A DNA stretch of 64,000 nucleotides from a phage. Shown here in pieces: positions 36,370 to 45,812 of the stretch. The notes beneath the pieces are model-generated. The model was given only the letters and a program-made list of their open reading frames with translations. It was not told where the DNA came from and made no database searches. The stretch lies in the sequence record PV730299.1; one strand, 5' to 3'. Positions within the stretch are counted from its first letter, which is position 1, and each line of letters begins with the position of its first letter. The position numbers and the translations under genes were made by a program.

Positions 36370-37800
36370 TCACCCATTACTCTTCTCCAACAGGAATGCG
36401 ATGTTTTCGATGTACGCTTTCTGTATCGCATAGACTTCATCCAGTGTGTTGGCCACTTTCTTGTCAATGCGGACTTCTACAAGGCGAGGCAGGAACAAAG
36501 ACTTCATCGCATCATCTGTCTTATCCTGTACGCCATTGGAGAGCACTGCGGCGATCTTGCCAATGTAGTCGCCCTGGTTCTCCCACATATGGCGTCTCAG
36601 CTCATCTGAGATCCCTGATACGCCAACAACAAGCAGGCTGTCGGAAGTTTTACAAATCAGTGAGCCAAAAGTCTTGGCGTGTTTACCCTTCTTGTCAGCC
36701 TCGTTGAAGCCCACGATTTCAAGGTCACACTCAACCTCCATCTTCAGCTTCAGACCTTCAGAAGAAGTCCCATCTTCCCAAGGCATGTCGGCGGCCTTAC
36801 ATATCGTGCCTTCTTCTTTGCGAGCCAGCGCGTCTTTGAAGTGGTCGACGGCTTCGGCAAATGAGTGAACAACGCGGGTTTCTTGAACCTGAACCAGACC
36901 GTCGTCTTCATCAAACAGTTGCTGGATAATATCGAAGCGGCGCTCATACGGGATATCCACGCGCTGGGCGTTGAACCAGTTGTCGTACGGGATAACATCC
37001 CACACCCGGTAGATCACCCGATAACGATCTTCCAGGGGTTCTCCTGTCTGAATCACGCTGTTGAGTTTACCGTTACCGACAGCACGAGGCAGGATGGTAT
37101 TCGACTTGAGGTCAACAACGAGAAGTTCACCATGGAACACACTCTCACCAATCCCCGCATCGTAGATCAGGTCTTTGAACACCAGTGAAAGGTTATCAAC
37201 CGAACCACCTGCGATAAGGGAACCGGAGCGAGAGCGAATCTCAGGCTCTTTATTGTACCGACATATGATGTTGGCGAACATACCGTCTGACTTCAGCTGG
37301 CTGTAGACGCCGCGCTTGAAGTCCATCTTCTTCAGCAGGTCAATCGTCATGTTGTCGTAACGATGATACGGAAGAATGTTGATCAGGCGTCCAGTGCCTC
37401 CGGCGGCGTTGAATGCAGCGTTGATGCCCTTCTCAGCGATACCCGCCTTGATATCACGGTCTAGGATCATCTGAATGAGTTCGTGGTATTGGGGATCCAT
37501 CTTCAGGGCGACAGAGGCCAACAGGGCATCAGCCTTTTGGCCACCGACAAGACGCTGCGCCATCTGGTCGAGGACGTCATAGACTTCGCTGATGTCATCA
37601 GTCTTCTCACGGACGAGCATGCGAGGATACGCGCTGAGCTTCAACTCAGTCCGATAGAACGACGTCATTGGGTCATAGACATACTGCAGGAAGTCTGCCA
37701 AGTCTGGGTTGTTCTTGAATGCTTCGGTCAGCACGGCTTTCTTCGCATTGCTGCCTTTGGTTTCGCGAAGTCGGTGGACTATTTCAAGGATAGGGATCAT
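36370..37800 (-). CDS. 30: ATP-dependent DNA ligase (T4 gp30-like)
   Basis: Adenylation-site KxDG motif in QLKSDGMF; 476 aa, similar length and N-terminal organisation to T4 DNA ligase. Confidence 0.8.
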   Translation of the reverse strand: MIPILEIVHRLRETKGSNAKKAVLTEAFKNNPDLADFLQYVYDPMTSFYRTELKLSAYPRMLVREKTDDISEVYDVLDQMAQRLVGGQKADALLASVALKMDPQYHELIQMILDRDIKAGIAEKGINAAFNAAGGTGRLINILPYHRYDNMTIDLLKKMDFKRGVYSQLKSDGMFANIICRYNKEPEIRSRSGSLIAGGSVDNLSLVFKDLIYDAGIGESVFHGELLVVDLKSNTILPRAVGNGKLNSVIQTGEPLEDRYRVIYRVWDVIPYDNWFNAQRVDIPYERRFDIIQQLFDEDDGLVQVQETRVVHSFAEAVDHFKDALARKEEGTICKAADMPWEDGTSSEGLKLKMEVECDLEIVGFNEADKKGKHAKTFGSLICKTSDSLLVVGVSGISDELRRHMWENQGDYIGKIAAVLSNGVQDKTDDAMKSLFLPRLVEVRIDKKVANTLDEVYAIQKAYIENIAFLLEKSNG

Positions 37801-37807
37801 GTGGTGC

Positions 37808-37844
37808 CTCCAGGGTTATATGTGCTGCTATTATAACCCTGGAG
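37808..37844 (-). promoter_or_regulatory. 13-bp perfect stem-loop sequestering the DNA ligase Shine-Dalgarno
   Basis: CTCCAGGGTTATA / TATAACCCTGGAG with an 11-nt loop; the minus-strand GGAG 8 nt before the ligase ATG lies inside the stem. Confidence 0.4.
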
Positions 37845-37923
37845 ACTTCAATATATTATCAGGGAACGAATCTCAGCACTCAGCGACGGTATACAGAACA
37901 ACCAGTTGATAAACTTTATCATG

Positions 37924-38139
37924 TCACTTCCTCATCAGTGAGAGCAGATTGACCGTAGCCGGGCGCGCATCAGGGGCGTAGAAGACGTCCTGAGAGTGCC
38001 TCTTACAGCACGGGCAATCCTTCGTGGCGATTACACAGGGAGCCTTGTCCACGGCAAATCCAGCGGCTTCGGCTTCCTTCACAGTGGTGAATGGCATGTA
38101 GGCACTTGTGCCCTGCCCTCCGCATGAACATTCCATCAA
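37924..38139 (-). CDS. small Cys-rich protein
   Basis: 71 aa with CSCGG ... CPCC. Confidence 0.4.
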   Translation of the reverse strand: MMECSCGGQGTSAYMPFTTVKEAEAAGFAVDKAPCVIATKDCPCCKRHSQDVFYAPDARPATVNLLSLMRK

Positions 38140-38248
38140 CGTTTCCTCTTAAAGGGGATGACCAGGGCTATGATGAGAAGCATAGCTGTAATCATCCCAC
38201 ATGCTATCAGACCAAAGGCGAACGACTTCAGAACAAACTCAATCAAAT

Positions 38249-39475
38249 TCATAATTTCCTCAATTTGGCTCTAGTGACCTGAGTTTGTTTAACGCCGTTG
38301 TACTCAGTCAGTTCTTTGACACGACCACGGATGATCATATCGCCCTGCAAGAACTCTGTATCCATATAAGAGGTCTTCCAGGTAATTGTATTGCCTTCTG
38401 CTGTTTTGAAAGTAAACAGGTAACTATCACCATATTCATTGGAGAAGAGAAAGGTGCGCTTGTCGAACCTGACTTGCACTTCCAGCATTTCACCGACTTC
38501 ACCCACCCATTTGTTCTCCACCTTGCGGTCAGTACGAGGACGATGGATGTAATCGTAATACTTCTTGGCACCCCAGCGGACTGTGTTGTTATCCTTGATG
38601 AGGTGATAGCCGGGTTCACACATGCGTTTCAGGCGAACATTGAACTCATTAGATTCAGACAGCGCACTGATGAAAAGCTTCATATGGTACATTTCCGACT
38701 CGGCATCTTCACGGTATTCGTGTGCCTTGTTTACGAAATACTCTTCATCGGAACCTGCTTTTGGTTTCTGGTGAGACCGGACATAGCCCAGTACTTTGTC
38801 AAACAGTTCAGACTTGATATCCACGCCTGCCAGCATCACCTGGAAGCATGCGCGCAGGTAACTGTGGGTGTCGACGAAGTGCTCATTTTGGACGCGATAT
38901 ATACCCTCTGGGTCGTCCTCGTCTGGCATGAAGAACTCTTGGATTTCCAGATAGTAAGACATAATCGCGTCAAGGGACTTCTGATGAGGCACATAATGAT
39001 GCATACAGGTGCTACCAATCAGCATCTGGGTATGCGTTTCCTCATTTTCAATCACATACGTGTTCTTGCGACGGATGGCTAGATTGCAATGCTGACACCA
39101 AGAGACGTTCTCTGTCTCGAAGCGACGGATGAAGTCAGGATTGATGTTGTCGGACAGGCGGTTAAGAATAACCTTTGGATATTCGTGATTGAACTGACCG
39201 ATGATCTTCCAGCCACCATAAGAGATGGGGCGGTCAATGCCTTCGCCTTCGAGAGTAACAGGTTTCCACCAGTGAGTAAGGATCCCACCAGTGAAGTCGC
39301 GGGTGTGGGTTTTGAAGGGTTCACCATAAGTCACAGTCGGAAACGGAACACCCAACCTTTCGGCAGTGCGCTCGAGCTTCTTCAGTCGCTCAACTACCAA
39401 CCCTTCATTGTCGATCGGAATATTGAATGTTTTGACGTTCATTTCCAGCCTCATGATGTAGTTGTAACTCTTCAA
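38249..39475 (-). CDS. hypothetical protein (408 aa) with C-terminal OB-fold-like segment
   Basis: Long ORF in the replication cluster; no Toprim or N-terminal zinc-ribbon primase signature recognised. Confidence 0.55.
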   Translation of the reverse strand: MKSYNYIMRLEMNVKTFNIPIDNEGLVVERLKKLERTAERLGVPFPTVTYGEPFKTHTRDFTGGILTHWWKPVTLEGEGIDRPISYGGWKIIGQFNHEYPKVILNRLSDNINPDFIRRFETENVSWCQHCNLAIRRKNTYVIENEETHTQMLIGSTCMHHYVPHQKSLDAIMSYYLEIQEFFMPDEDDPEGIYRVQNEHFVDTHSYLRACFQVMLAGVDIKSELFDKVLGYVRSHQKPKAGSDEEYFVNKAHEYREDAESEMYHMKLFISALSESNEFNVRLKRMCEPGYHLIKDNNTVRWGAKKYYDYIHRPRTDRKVENKWVGEVGEMLEVQVRFDKRTFLFSNEYGDSYLFTFKTAEGNTITWKTSYMDTEFLQGDMIIRGRVKELTEYNGVKQTQVTRAKLRKL

Positions 39476-39568
39476 TACAGATTAAATATTAGGCGATTAT
39501 TTCTTGAAAGTAAAGTTATTGAAGTAAAAAGCCCAGTACTTGACTGGGCTTCTTGGTGTTCGATTGAC

Positions 39569-39883
39569 TTATTCGCCACTGACATTCGGGTCTCGATCGG
39601 GCTTGGCGTTCGGGAATAAAGACTCGTATAAGTCTTGATATTTCTCGCTCGTTTCGATCGTCTTATGGTAAGTTCCATTGGCGCGGTCGGATACAACCTT
39701 GCGCAAGTCGCTGGCCTTGATACCCGTGTCTTTCGCCAGCTCGGCCAGAGTCTCAGTAATGAAAGTCTGTTCCGACTTGATGCGGACCTGGGCGGCACGA
39801 CAGTTTTCAATTGCACCTATCAGCTTGCGACGGGATTCAGGATCAGATGGTAGTACATAAAAACCGATTTGTTCTACAGACAT
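39569..39883 (-). CDS. hypothetical protein
   Basis: 104-aa ORF in the minus-strand train. Confidence 0.45.
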   Translation of the reverse strand: MSVEQIGFYVLPSDPESRRKLIGAIENCRAAQVRIKSEQTFITETLAELAKDTGIKASDLRKVVSDRANGTYHKTIETSEKYQDLYESLFPNAKPDRDPNVSGE

Positions 39884-39898
39884 TTGGTGTTCCTCTTG

Positions 39899-40234
39899 TT
39901 AAGATCTCATACCTCGTGGGATCAGATTAGTCCCGCAACGGCGTAAAAAGAAGTTTACGATTGAGTGATACTGGAACTTCGGGATGATCTCTACACCATC
40001 TTCCGTCGTATACCATTCCACTGTGTTGGTGCGCACTGGAAGGGGAAATGACGGCAGATCCAGCTGTACGAGTTCACCCTCTTGGCATATCATACCAATT
40101 CCATATTCCTCCCAGATTTTACGATTGTTGAAGAACTCCAGAGTCTGCTCCGGACTCAGCTCAATCGCTTGTTTGGTGTGGCACACCTGTTTGGCGGCCT
40201 GCACCAGGCCAGCCATAAAATCATTGTGTGACAT
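39899..40234 (-). CDS. hypothetical protein
   Basis: 111-aa ORF in the minus-strand train. Confidence 0.45.
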   Translation of the reverse strand: MSHNDFMAGLVQAAKQVCHTKQAIELSPEQTLEFFNNRKIWEEYGIGMICQEGELVQLDLPSFPLPVRTNTVEWYTTEDGVEIIPKFQYHSIVNFFLRRCGTNLIPRGMRS

Positions 40235-40298
40235 GATGTGCTCCTAGTTTACATTCAGATCATAGAATTATACCCTATGACCCGCTTTATTGAATTGC

Positions 40299-41723
40299 CT
40301 AGAATTTCCAATTATTGACTGTTTGGGCTTTCTGCTCATCGCTGGCAGTAGCCCCGGACTTGTTGAGGTCATGTTTGATGTGTACGTTTTCGACATATTT
40401 GGCCTCAGCCTCAGTCAGGTCCTTCTTAACTTCATTCCAGTCCAGGTCAAACAGGATCTGTTTGTCTTGGTCCATACCAAACAGGAATGATTTCAGCTTC
40501 TGCTTGTTGGCATAACGGTTCTTGAGTATTGAGGCTCGGGCTTTCTTGACCGCCGCCAGTTCGTCAGGAGCATAGAATGCCATGATGAAGTCGGCCACCT
40601 TCGGAATACCGATAGCATCTGCCAAATCACTGATTCCACCATCAGTGCTATTCTGATTCTCACGATTGAACTGCATACCAGTCCATACAGGGACATCAAA
40701 CTCAAATCCCAGCGCACGAAACTCACGAGCCACAGACGTGTAATAGACGTTCGTGTTCTGCATCAGGTGGGCAGGCAGGCGCGAGGAAGCAGCTTCGCCA
40801 AGATAGTCAATAACGATAACATCAGGAGCACGACCAGTTGCCTGGATGTACTCAAGGATATCGCGGCGGAATAAACCTGTGTGTCCAGTACCGGAAGGAT
40901 ATTCCTTGATGACGATATCACCCTTGGGCGCACCATCTTGGCGACTGCGGAGCTTCTCTATCGTTGCAATATACTCGTGCCTTGTGAGTTTCTCTAAAGA
41001 CTCAAAGTCGCGTCGCATGATACGGGCATCAAGACGGTGTCGCCAGACGTTCTCGGCCACTTCGAGGGTGAAGACAAAGACGTTCAGCCCCTGCTCCGAG
41101 TACCCTGCGGTCAGGTCAATCAGCGTTGTGGTCTTACCTGCGTTGATCGCACCTGTTACGATGTTCAGTGTCTTCTTACCAACGCCACCACGTGTCGCCT
41201 TATTGAAGATCTCAACTGCGAACGGGATCTTGGCCTCGTTGGAGTTCATGTGGTCATACTGCTCTGCCGCCATCTCCCAATAGATGTGACCGAGGTATGA
41301 ATCAAACCGGATCGCCAGGGCTTCCTGCAACATGGTCGGGATGTTGTTCATCTCGTCCTTGCGCTTCTCGTCACCGTAGATGTTAACGGCGGTCTTGATT
41401 GCGTTGTGTACGGCCTTTTGCCGTGCCCAAGCCTCGGTTTCCTTCGCCAGCCACTCTTCATTGAAGGTGTTGTCGTTGATGTTCTCCAGGGCAGATACCG
41501 CCTGGTCAAACACATATTCGTTCAGCTTTGTCCGTTCAAGAATTATAGATAGTGCTTCGACAGACGGGCGGGCATTGTACTCTGAGGTATAACTGTCAAT
41601 CAGACCAAAGATGACCTTTTCGCCTTCGTTGTCAAAATAATCGGCTTTCAGGTACGGCAGGATCTTTCTTTGGTAATCTTCATTGTAAATCAACTGTGAA
41701 AGCACGACAGATTCGAGTAACAT
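40299..41723 (-). CDS. 41: replicative DNA helicase, DnaB family (T4 gp41-like)
   Basis: Walker A TGAINAGKTT in the C-terminal RecA-like domain; 474 aa as for T4 gp41; sits downstream of uvsX as in T4. Confidence 0.85.
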   Translation of the reverse strand: MLLESVVLSQLIYNEDYQRKILPYLKADYFDNEGEKVIFGLIDSYTSEYNARPSVEALSIILERTKLNEYVFDQAVSALENINDNTFNEEWLAKETEAWARQKAVHNAIKTAVNIYGDEKRKDEMNNIPTMLQEALAIRFDSYLGHIYWEMAAEQYDHMNSNEAKIPFAVEIFNKATRGGVGKKTLNIVTGAINAGKTTTLIDLTAGYSEQGLNVFVFTLEVAENVWRHRLDARIMRRDFESLEKLTRHEYIATIEKLRSRQDGAPKGDIVIKEYPSGTGHTGLFRRDILEYIQATGRAPDVIVIDYLGEAASSRLPAHLMQNTNVYYTSVAREFRALGFEFDVPVWTGMQFNRENQNSTDGGISDLADAIGIPKVADFIMAFYAPDELAAVKKARASILKNRYANKQKLKSFLFGMDQDKQILFDLDWNEVKKDLTEAEAKYVENVHIKHDLNKSGATASDEQKAQTVNNWKF

Positions 41724-41729
41724 TGGCCA

Positions 41730-42059
41730 CTACCCCACCAAAAATTTATTATATTCCTGAGCATTACGCTGCATGATGTCTACAAGGATATCCCCTGACA
41801 CCTCAGTGAACAAGTCATTTTCTTTCAAATTCACAAACATCAGACGCAATGGTTTCTTCAATATATCAGTCACGAAAGACAGGCGGGGTTCGCCGTCCAC
41901 TTCGTTGATGGCCACCTTGCCGAACCGGAATTGAACACCACGGAATTTGCCAGAAGTGATCTTGATGATCGCCAGCTGATCAGCACCAGGGTCGATGATT
42001 GTGTAGTTATTGGGGGAGTCTCCTCCCCCTCCACTGTTATTCGCTTGTGTTGATAACAT
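41730..42059 (-). CDS. hypothetical protein (occupies the T4 gene-40 position)
   Basis: Start set at the internal ATG with GGAG about 8 nt upstream to limit overlap with uvsX; contains a Gly run SGGGGDSP. Confidence 0.4.
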   Translation of the reverse strand: MLSTQANNSGGGGDSPNNYTIIDPGADQLAIIKITSGKFRGVQFRFGKVAINEVDGEPRLSFVTDILKKPLRLMFVNLKENDLFTEVSGDILVDIMQRNAQEYNKFLVG

Positions 42060-43122
42060 GGTCCATTTGCTCCAGCATGTTAGCAGGCATAACAGTACCG
42101 TTAGAAACACCGAACATTTTCTTCACGTCATCGGCGAAGTTGACATTCTCCAGCAGCGGATACCAGAAATCATCACCCATCTGACGCTTCTGATATTTCT
42201 TTTCCTTCTCAGGATCGAAACCACCCTTGGCTGTACGCACATACCAGCCGGAAGACGGCATATCAACATAACCCAGAGCACGAGCGATCTCAAGCAGGCC
42301 GCTCCAGCGATCAATACCACCGTTGTACAGTACCGTCACAGGGAGCTTGGCTTTCTCTTTGACATGGCGACCTTTCATGATGCTTATGTTGAAGTTCCAG
42401 CCCAGCAGATCTTTGTCTTCCTTCACCTGAGAACGGGTGATAAACCAGATCAAGTTGGAGGATAAGAAGCCCTGTTTGCCACCTTTGATGTTAGGCTCGG
42501 CATATTGGTTGCCGATCTCATCGTAATAAGAGTTGATCCAAACACACACGAGATTTTTGCTGTTGATTTCGGGAGTCATGACACGCCAGAAGCTGTTAAG
42601 GGCACGGGCGCGGGTCATGTCCTGAGTGTCGTTCCCTTTGATCGCATCTTCAACTTCCTTGGTGGAGGGAAGTTGGCTGATAGAGTCGATGAAGATTATA
42701 ACATGGTCGCCTTTCTTGACTTCCTGTAGGATCTGCAGCAAGCGGATCTTGGTCTGTTCAACGTTGTCGATCGGTACGTACAGGACGCGGTCCATGTCAA
42801 TGCCCATAGAGGTCCAGTAATCGGCGTTGGCACCCTTTTCTGAGTCCGCAAAGACGCAGATAGCATCAGGGAACTTGTCCATGTACGCCTTGACGTCTAC
42901 CAGACCGAACATCGTTTTGAAGGTACGGGAATCACCCACCATCATCTTGATACCGGAGATCAGACCGCCGTCAATACGCCCAGACCATGCGATATCGATC
43001 AGGGGAATACCAGTAGAACAGATGATAGACGGTTCCAGAGCGTCGGATTTGGACAGCACTGAAGCCTGGTCATCGTGTTTCTTAGCAACCTTCAGCATGC
43101 GGTCCATTAATGAACTGGCCAT
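42037..43122 (-). CDS. uvsX: UvsX recombinase (RecA/Rad51 family)
   Basis: IPLIDIAWSGRIDGGLISGIKMMVGDSRTFKTMFGLVDVKAYMDKFPDAICVFADSE aligns from memory to T4 UvsX (IPMMNIALSGEITGG...GPSKSFKSNFGL...YPDAVCLFYDSE). Confidence 0.85.
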   Translation of the reverse strand: MASSLMDRMLKVAKKHDDQASVLSKSDALEPSIICSTGIPLIDIAWSGRIDGGLISGIKMMVGDSRTFKTMFGLVDVKAYMDKFPDAICVFADSEKGANADYWTSMGIDMDRVLYVPIDNVEQTKIRLLQILQEVKKGDHVIIFIDSISQLPSTKEVEDAIKGNDTQDMTRARALNSFWRVMTPEINSKNLVCVWINSYYDEIGNQYAEPNIKGGKQGFLSSNLIWFITRSQVKEDKDLLGWNFNISIMKGRHVKEKAKLPVTVLYNGGIDRWSGLLEIARALGYVDMPSSGWYVRTAKGGFDPEKEKKYQKRQMGDDFWYPLLENVNFADDVKKMFGVSNGTVMPANMLEQMDHVINTSE

Positions 43123-43649
43123 TTCACTTCCTCTTTATTGTTGATCGTCGTTAATAATTCTACACCCATAACCTTCTGGGACAAAATGTTAACCGCCTCT
43201 TGGATGCTCTTCAGGGACATTGTCTCAACAAGCGACGATGCGTCATTATGCCGGTCGGTTAGGTACATATTGCGCAGATTGTTGTAGTTCGTGCGGTTGA
43301 TGCACGCAGTGTTCAGTGCTATATTCAGGATATACATCATCTGTTCAATGGTTACATCCTTTGGCATAGCGTGGATGTAATAGATCGAGCCTTCAAAATA
43401 GACGTCTACCAGTTCATCTGGTATCTTGATGCCACCACCGGCATACTCTTCGATCATCCTGAACAGAGACTCTGGTTGCTCGCTGGCGATTTTATGCGTA
43501 ACAGTCGCCGAAAGACCGTCGCCCGGTTTAACAGGCCTGTTGTATTCAGTAAGGAATACATTATGTCCGCCGCCGATGATGTGCTCGGCGAATTTGGAAG
43601 ATGCCTGAGCAGCGTTCTCCGCATGGTATGAAACGACGACTGTAAACAT
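43107..43649 (-). CDS. hypothetical protein
   Basis: 180-aa ORF coupled to uvsX and the upstream gene. Confidence 0.45.
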   Translation of the reverse strand: MFTVVVSYHAENAAQASSKFAEHIIGGGHNVFLTEYNRPVKPGDGLSATVTHKIASEQPESLFRMIEEYAGGGIKIPDELVDVYFEGSIYYIHAMPKDVTIEQMMYILNIALNTACINRTNYNNLRNMYLTDRHNDASSLVETMSLKSIQEAVNILSQKVMGVELLTTINNKEEVKWPVH

Positions 43650-44203
43650 TAGAACTCCAGGGTCAGAGGGGTTTCTGCGGACTTATCGTAATCCGCGCCA
43701 CCAGCAGCACGCAGGCGATTGCGATCGTTCTTGCGTTTGTGTGCCAGTATGTAAGTCTCGATGTCGATCTCCATATAAGAACACGCAGACGACAGGAAGA
43801 ACATGAGAGTCTCAACGCAAGGATCGTTCATGAATTGCCCAAGGCGGTACGTAACATTGCGATGCCCTACAACACCCAAAGCAGATGGGGTGAATTCGCG
43901 ATTACTAAGGACTTCAAATTCTTCTTCGATCTCACCTTTGGTGCGGTCCACAAGGATGAAGCACAACATGAAGTGTACCACGTCCACCAGTTCATAAACT
44001 GCGTTCGTATGGTCAAACCCGATGTCGTTGCCATAGACCTTCCAGTCACGGGTGGTTTCATCAAGGAACTCTGCCCACTCACGATAGATAGAGTTGATGA
44101 CTGCGTTCTGACTCCATACATTCTTCCACTCTTCCCCAAAGTAGGCCACGTTAGTGGCCTTTTGGAGTTCGAGCAGGCTTTTGATATGCCCTGCTGTGAT
44201 CAT
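43649..44203 (-). CDS. all-alpha NTP pyrophosphatase (dUTPase/dCTPase-like), putative
   Basis: Acidic helical motifs WAEFLDETTRDW and YELVDVVHF; sits within the nucleotide-metabolism cluster. Confidence 0.35.
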   Translation of the reverse strand: MITAGHIKSLLELQKATNVAYFGEEWKNVWSQNAVINSIYREWAEFLDETTRDWKVYGNDIGFDHTNAVYELVDVVHFMLCFILVDRTKGEIEEEFEVLSNREFTPSALGVVGHRNVTYRLGQFMNDPCVETLMFFLSSACSYMEIDIETYILAHKRKNDRNRLRAAGGADYDKSAETPLTLEF

Positions 44204-44769
44204 TTACGTTCTCCGTAGAATTTAACGAACGGCTCCCAACCATCAAATGGATTGAGGAATTCGTAGTCCACTTTCATTTGGTCAATGAAAGCCTCTATAT
44301 CGTCCTCTATGATACCAGCACGGTCGGCCTTTGAAATACGGGTGATAGGACATTTCGTACTCAGCGCCCATTCATATTCCTGAGGGGTACGCAGATCGCT
44401 CACGATATAATGGACGTGGGGGTTCTGCTCTACCAGAGGAAGCTGGAAGCGCTTGAAGAATGCCAGGAACAGATCGGGTTGTACGTAACGCAAGCCCGTA
44501 TCGCTGCCTAGATGAAGCCAGATCTGCCGTGGAGTTAAGCCCTTGGGGTTATCAGGGTGCACGTAAGGAACGTCCTTCACGGCATCCTCTACCTCCGCTG
44601 GGAGCCATGGGTAGATGTAGTTGGCTACACGGCGCAGTTCATCCGAGAACGAAAGGCGCTGGATGTCCATATCACCCTGTAAGTGGTGATAACTGATCAG
44701 GGACTCCAAACAGAAGTCCTTACCGGAGCGCTTGCGCCCCGTAAAGAATTCAAGATTTGGATACATCAT
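44200..44769 (-). CDS. 1: deoxynucleoside monophosphate kinase (T4 gp1-like)
   Basis: N-terminal P-loop FTGRKRSGKDF resembling the T4 gp1 GVKRSGKDT loop; 189 aa. Confidence 0.6.
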   Translation of the reverse strand: MMYPNLEFFTGRKRSGKDFCLESLISYHHLQGDMDIQRLSFSDELRRVANYIYPWLPAEVEDAVKDVPYVHPDNPKGLTPRQIWLHLGSDTGLRYVQPDLFLAFFKRFQLPLVEQNPHVHYIVSDLRTPQEYEWALSTKCPITRISKADRAGIIEDDIEAFIDQMKVDYEFLNPFDGWEPFVKFYGERK

Positions 44770-45812
44770 ACTACACCTTCCAGGAACTTAGGATCAATGA
44801 TCTTGCGGTCAACCGGGGAATGGGTGAGCGCGGTGTTCAAGCCATGATCCTGAATCAGGTCCAGGTTAATGAGCTTTTCGTTCAGTTTGCAGTGCAGACA
44901 GTACGCCATCTGTACAATCAGGCCGCGATCCGCATCGTATTCCTTCAGGTGAGCAACCACAGTTTCCCACGGGCTACCGATATCACAGTGATGAAGCACA
45001 CCAGTGAACAGATTGCGGATATGGTTCTGGTTGGTCACGTTCGTGAAGTGAATCATGGAGTTGATGAACCCAGCTTCTACTTTGGTGTCCTTCGTGATCT
45101 TGCCCAGCTGCTTCTGGCTGACTTCATTGTTGTAGTAATGAAGATTGTTAGAGAATAGCTTGTACTGACCGACATCAACACCCAGCACCCGAGCAATCAC
45201 TTCCTGAAGAATAGAGAACTCAATGAAGTTAATTGAACTCATCCCCCACAGAACATCCTGTGAGCGATTGATGACCGTCAGGTTCAGACGACCTTCAACG
45301 ATGGCGAATAACAGAGCCAGGTTACACACCATGTCCTTGGTCTTCGCTTCGCCGCTCTCGCTGAACTTCGCCAGACCAGCATCCGAATCTAGAGCCGGGT
45401 CATAGATGGTGAGGTACGCCTGGCGAGTGTTTGGGTTCTTACGCAGGCGGTTGATAACGCTATCCAGCTGGTCATGGGCGTACAGACGCGGACCATAAGC
45501 AGCTCGCCATGTTACCCCATCATCCGAAAAGTTAGCAGCGCGAGGCAATACGCGTGACAGGAACTTTATGTCGTTGCGGCCTGACAACACCCAGAAGGTC
45601 TCGCCGATGGCAGCGATAGCCGATGAGTTGCGACCTTCAACGGAGAGCCAGCGGTCACGGATGTCGGCGACGGTTATGGTCACGCCATCAAGGAAGCGGG
45701 TGCTATCAGTATTGATTTCAGCATTACCAGGATCAGATTCGATCCCGAATTCACGGATAGCCAAGACAGCCTGCTTCAGCATGTCATTGTTGTTAATTGC
45801 TTTGATTTCCAT
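44766..45812 (-). CDS. thymidylate synthase family enzyme (ThyA or dUMP hydroxymethylase-type; not a dCMP hydroxymethylase)
   Basis: Catalytic block VCNLALLFAIVEGRLNLTVINRSQDVLWGMSSINFIEF aligns to the ThyA C...QFYV...YQRSxDVFLGLPFN region, with Asn (not Asp) at the pyrimidine-specificity position; HYYNN as in ThyA H.Y.N; 348 aa with a C-terminal extension. Confidence 0.75.
   Translation of the reverse strand: MEIKAINNNDMLKQAVLAIREFGIESDPGNAEINTDSTRFLDGVTITVADIRDRWLSVEGRNSSAIAAIGETFWVLSGRNDIKFLSRVLPRAANFSDDGVTWRAAYGPRLYAHDQLDSVINRLRKNPNTRQAYLTIYDPALDSDAGLAKFSESGEAKTKDMVCNLALLFAIVEGRLNLTVINRSQDVLWGMSSINFIEFSILQEVIARVLGVDVGQYKLFSNNLHYYNNEVSQKQLGKITKDTKVEAGFINSMIHFTNVTNQNHIRNLFTGVLHHCDIGSPWETVVAHLKEYDADRGLIVQMAYCLHCKLNEKLINLDLIQDHGLNTALTHSPVDRKIIDPKFLEGVV

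Noticed and set aside
38285-39082. 265-aa plus-strand ORF inside the 408-aa minus-strand gene
   Set aside because: Antisense to a longer ORF that is part of a continuous minus-strand train. The same reasoning removes 2480-3151(-), 5757-6467(-), 26719-27267(-), 46730-47269(+), 50471-51016(+) and the other short opposite-strand ORFs in the track.
42012-42029. GGGGGAG-TCTC-CTCCCCC perfect hairpin just downstream of the uvsX stop
   Set aside because: It lies inside the coding sequence of the next gene and encodes its Gly run (SGGGGDSP); no U-tract follows, so it is most simply a by-product of coding sequence.
44766-45812. Assignment as dCMP hydroxymethylase (T4 gp42-type)
   Set aside because: The specificity position aligned to ThyA Asn177 / gp42 Asp179 is Asn (SSINF), which indicates a uracil nucleotide substrate; no glucosyltransferase genes were seen either.
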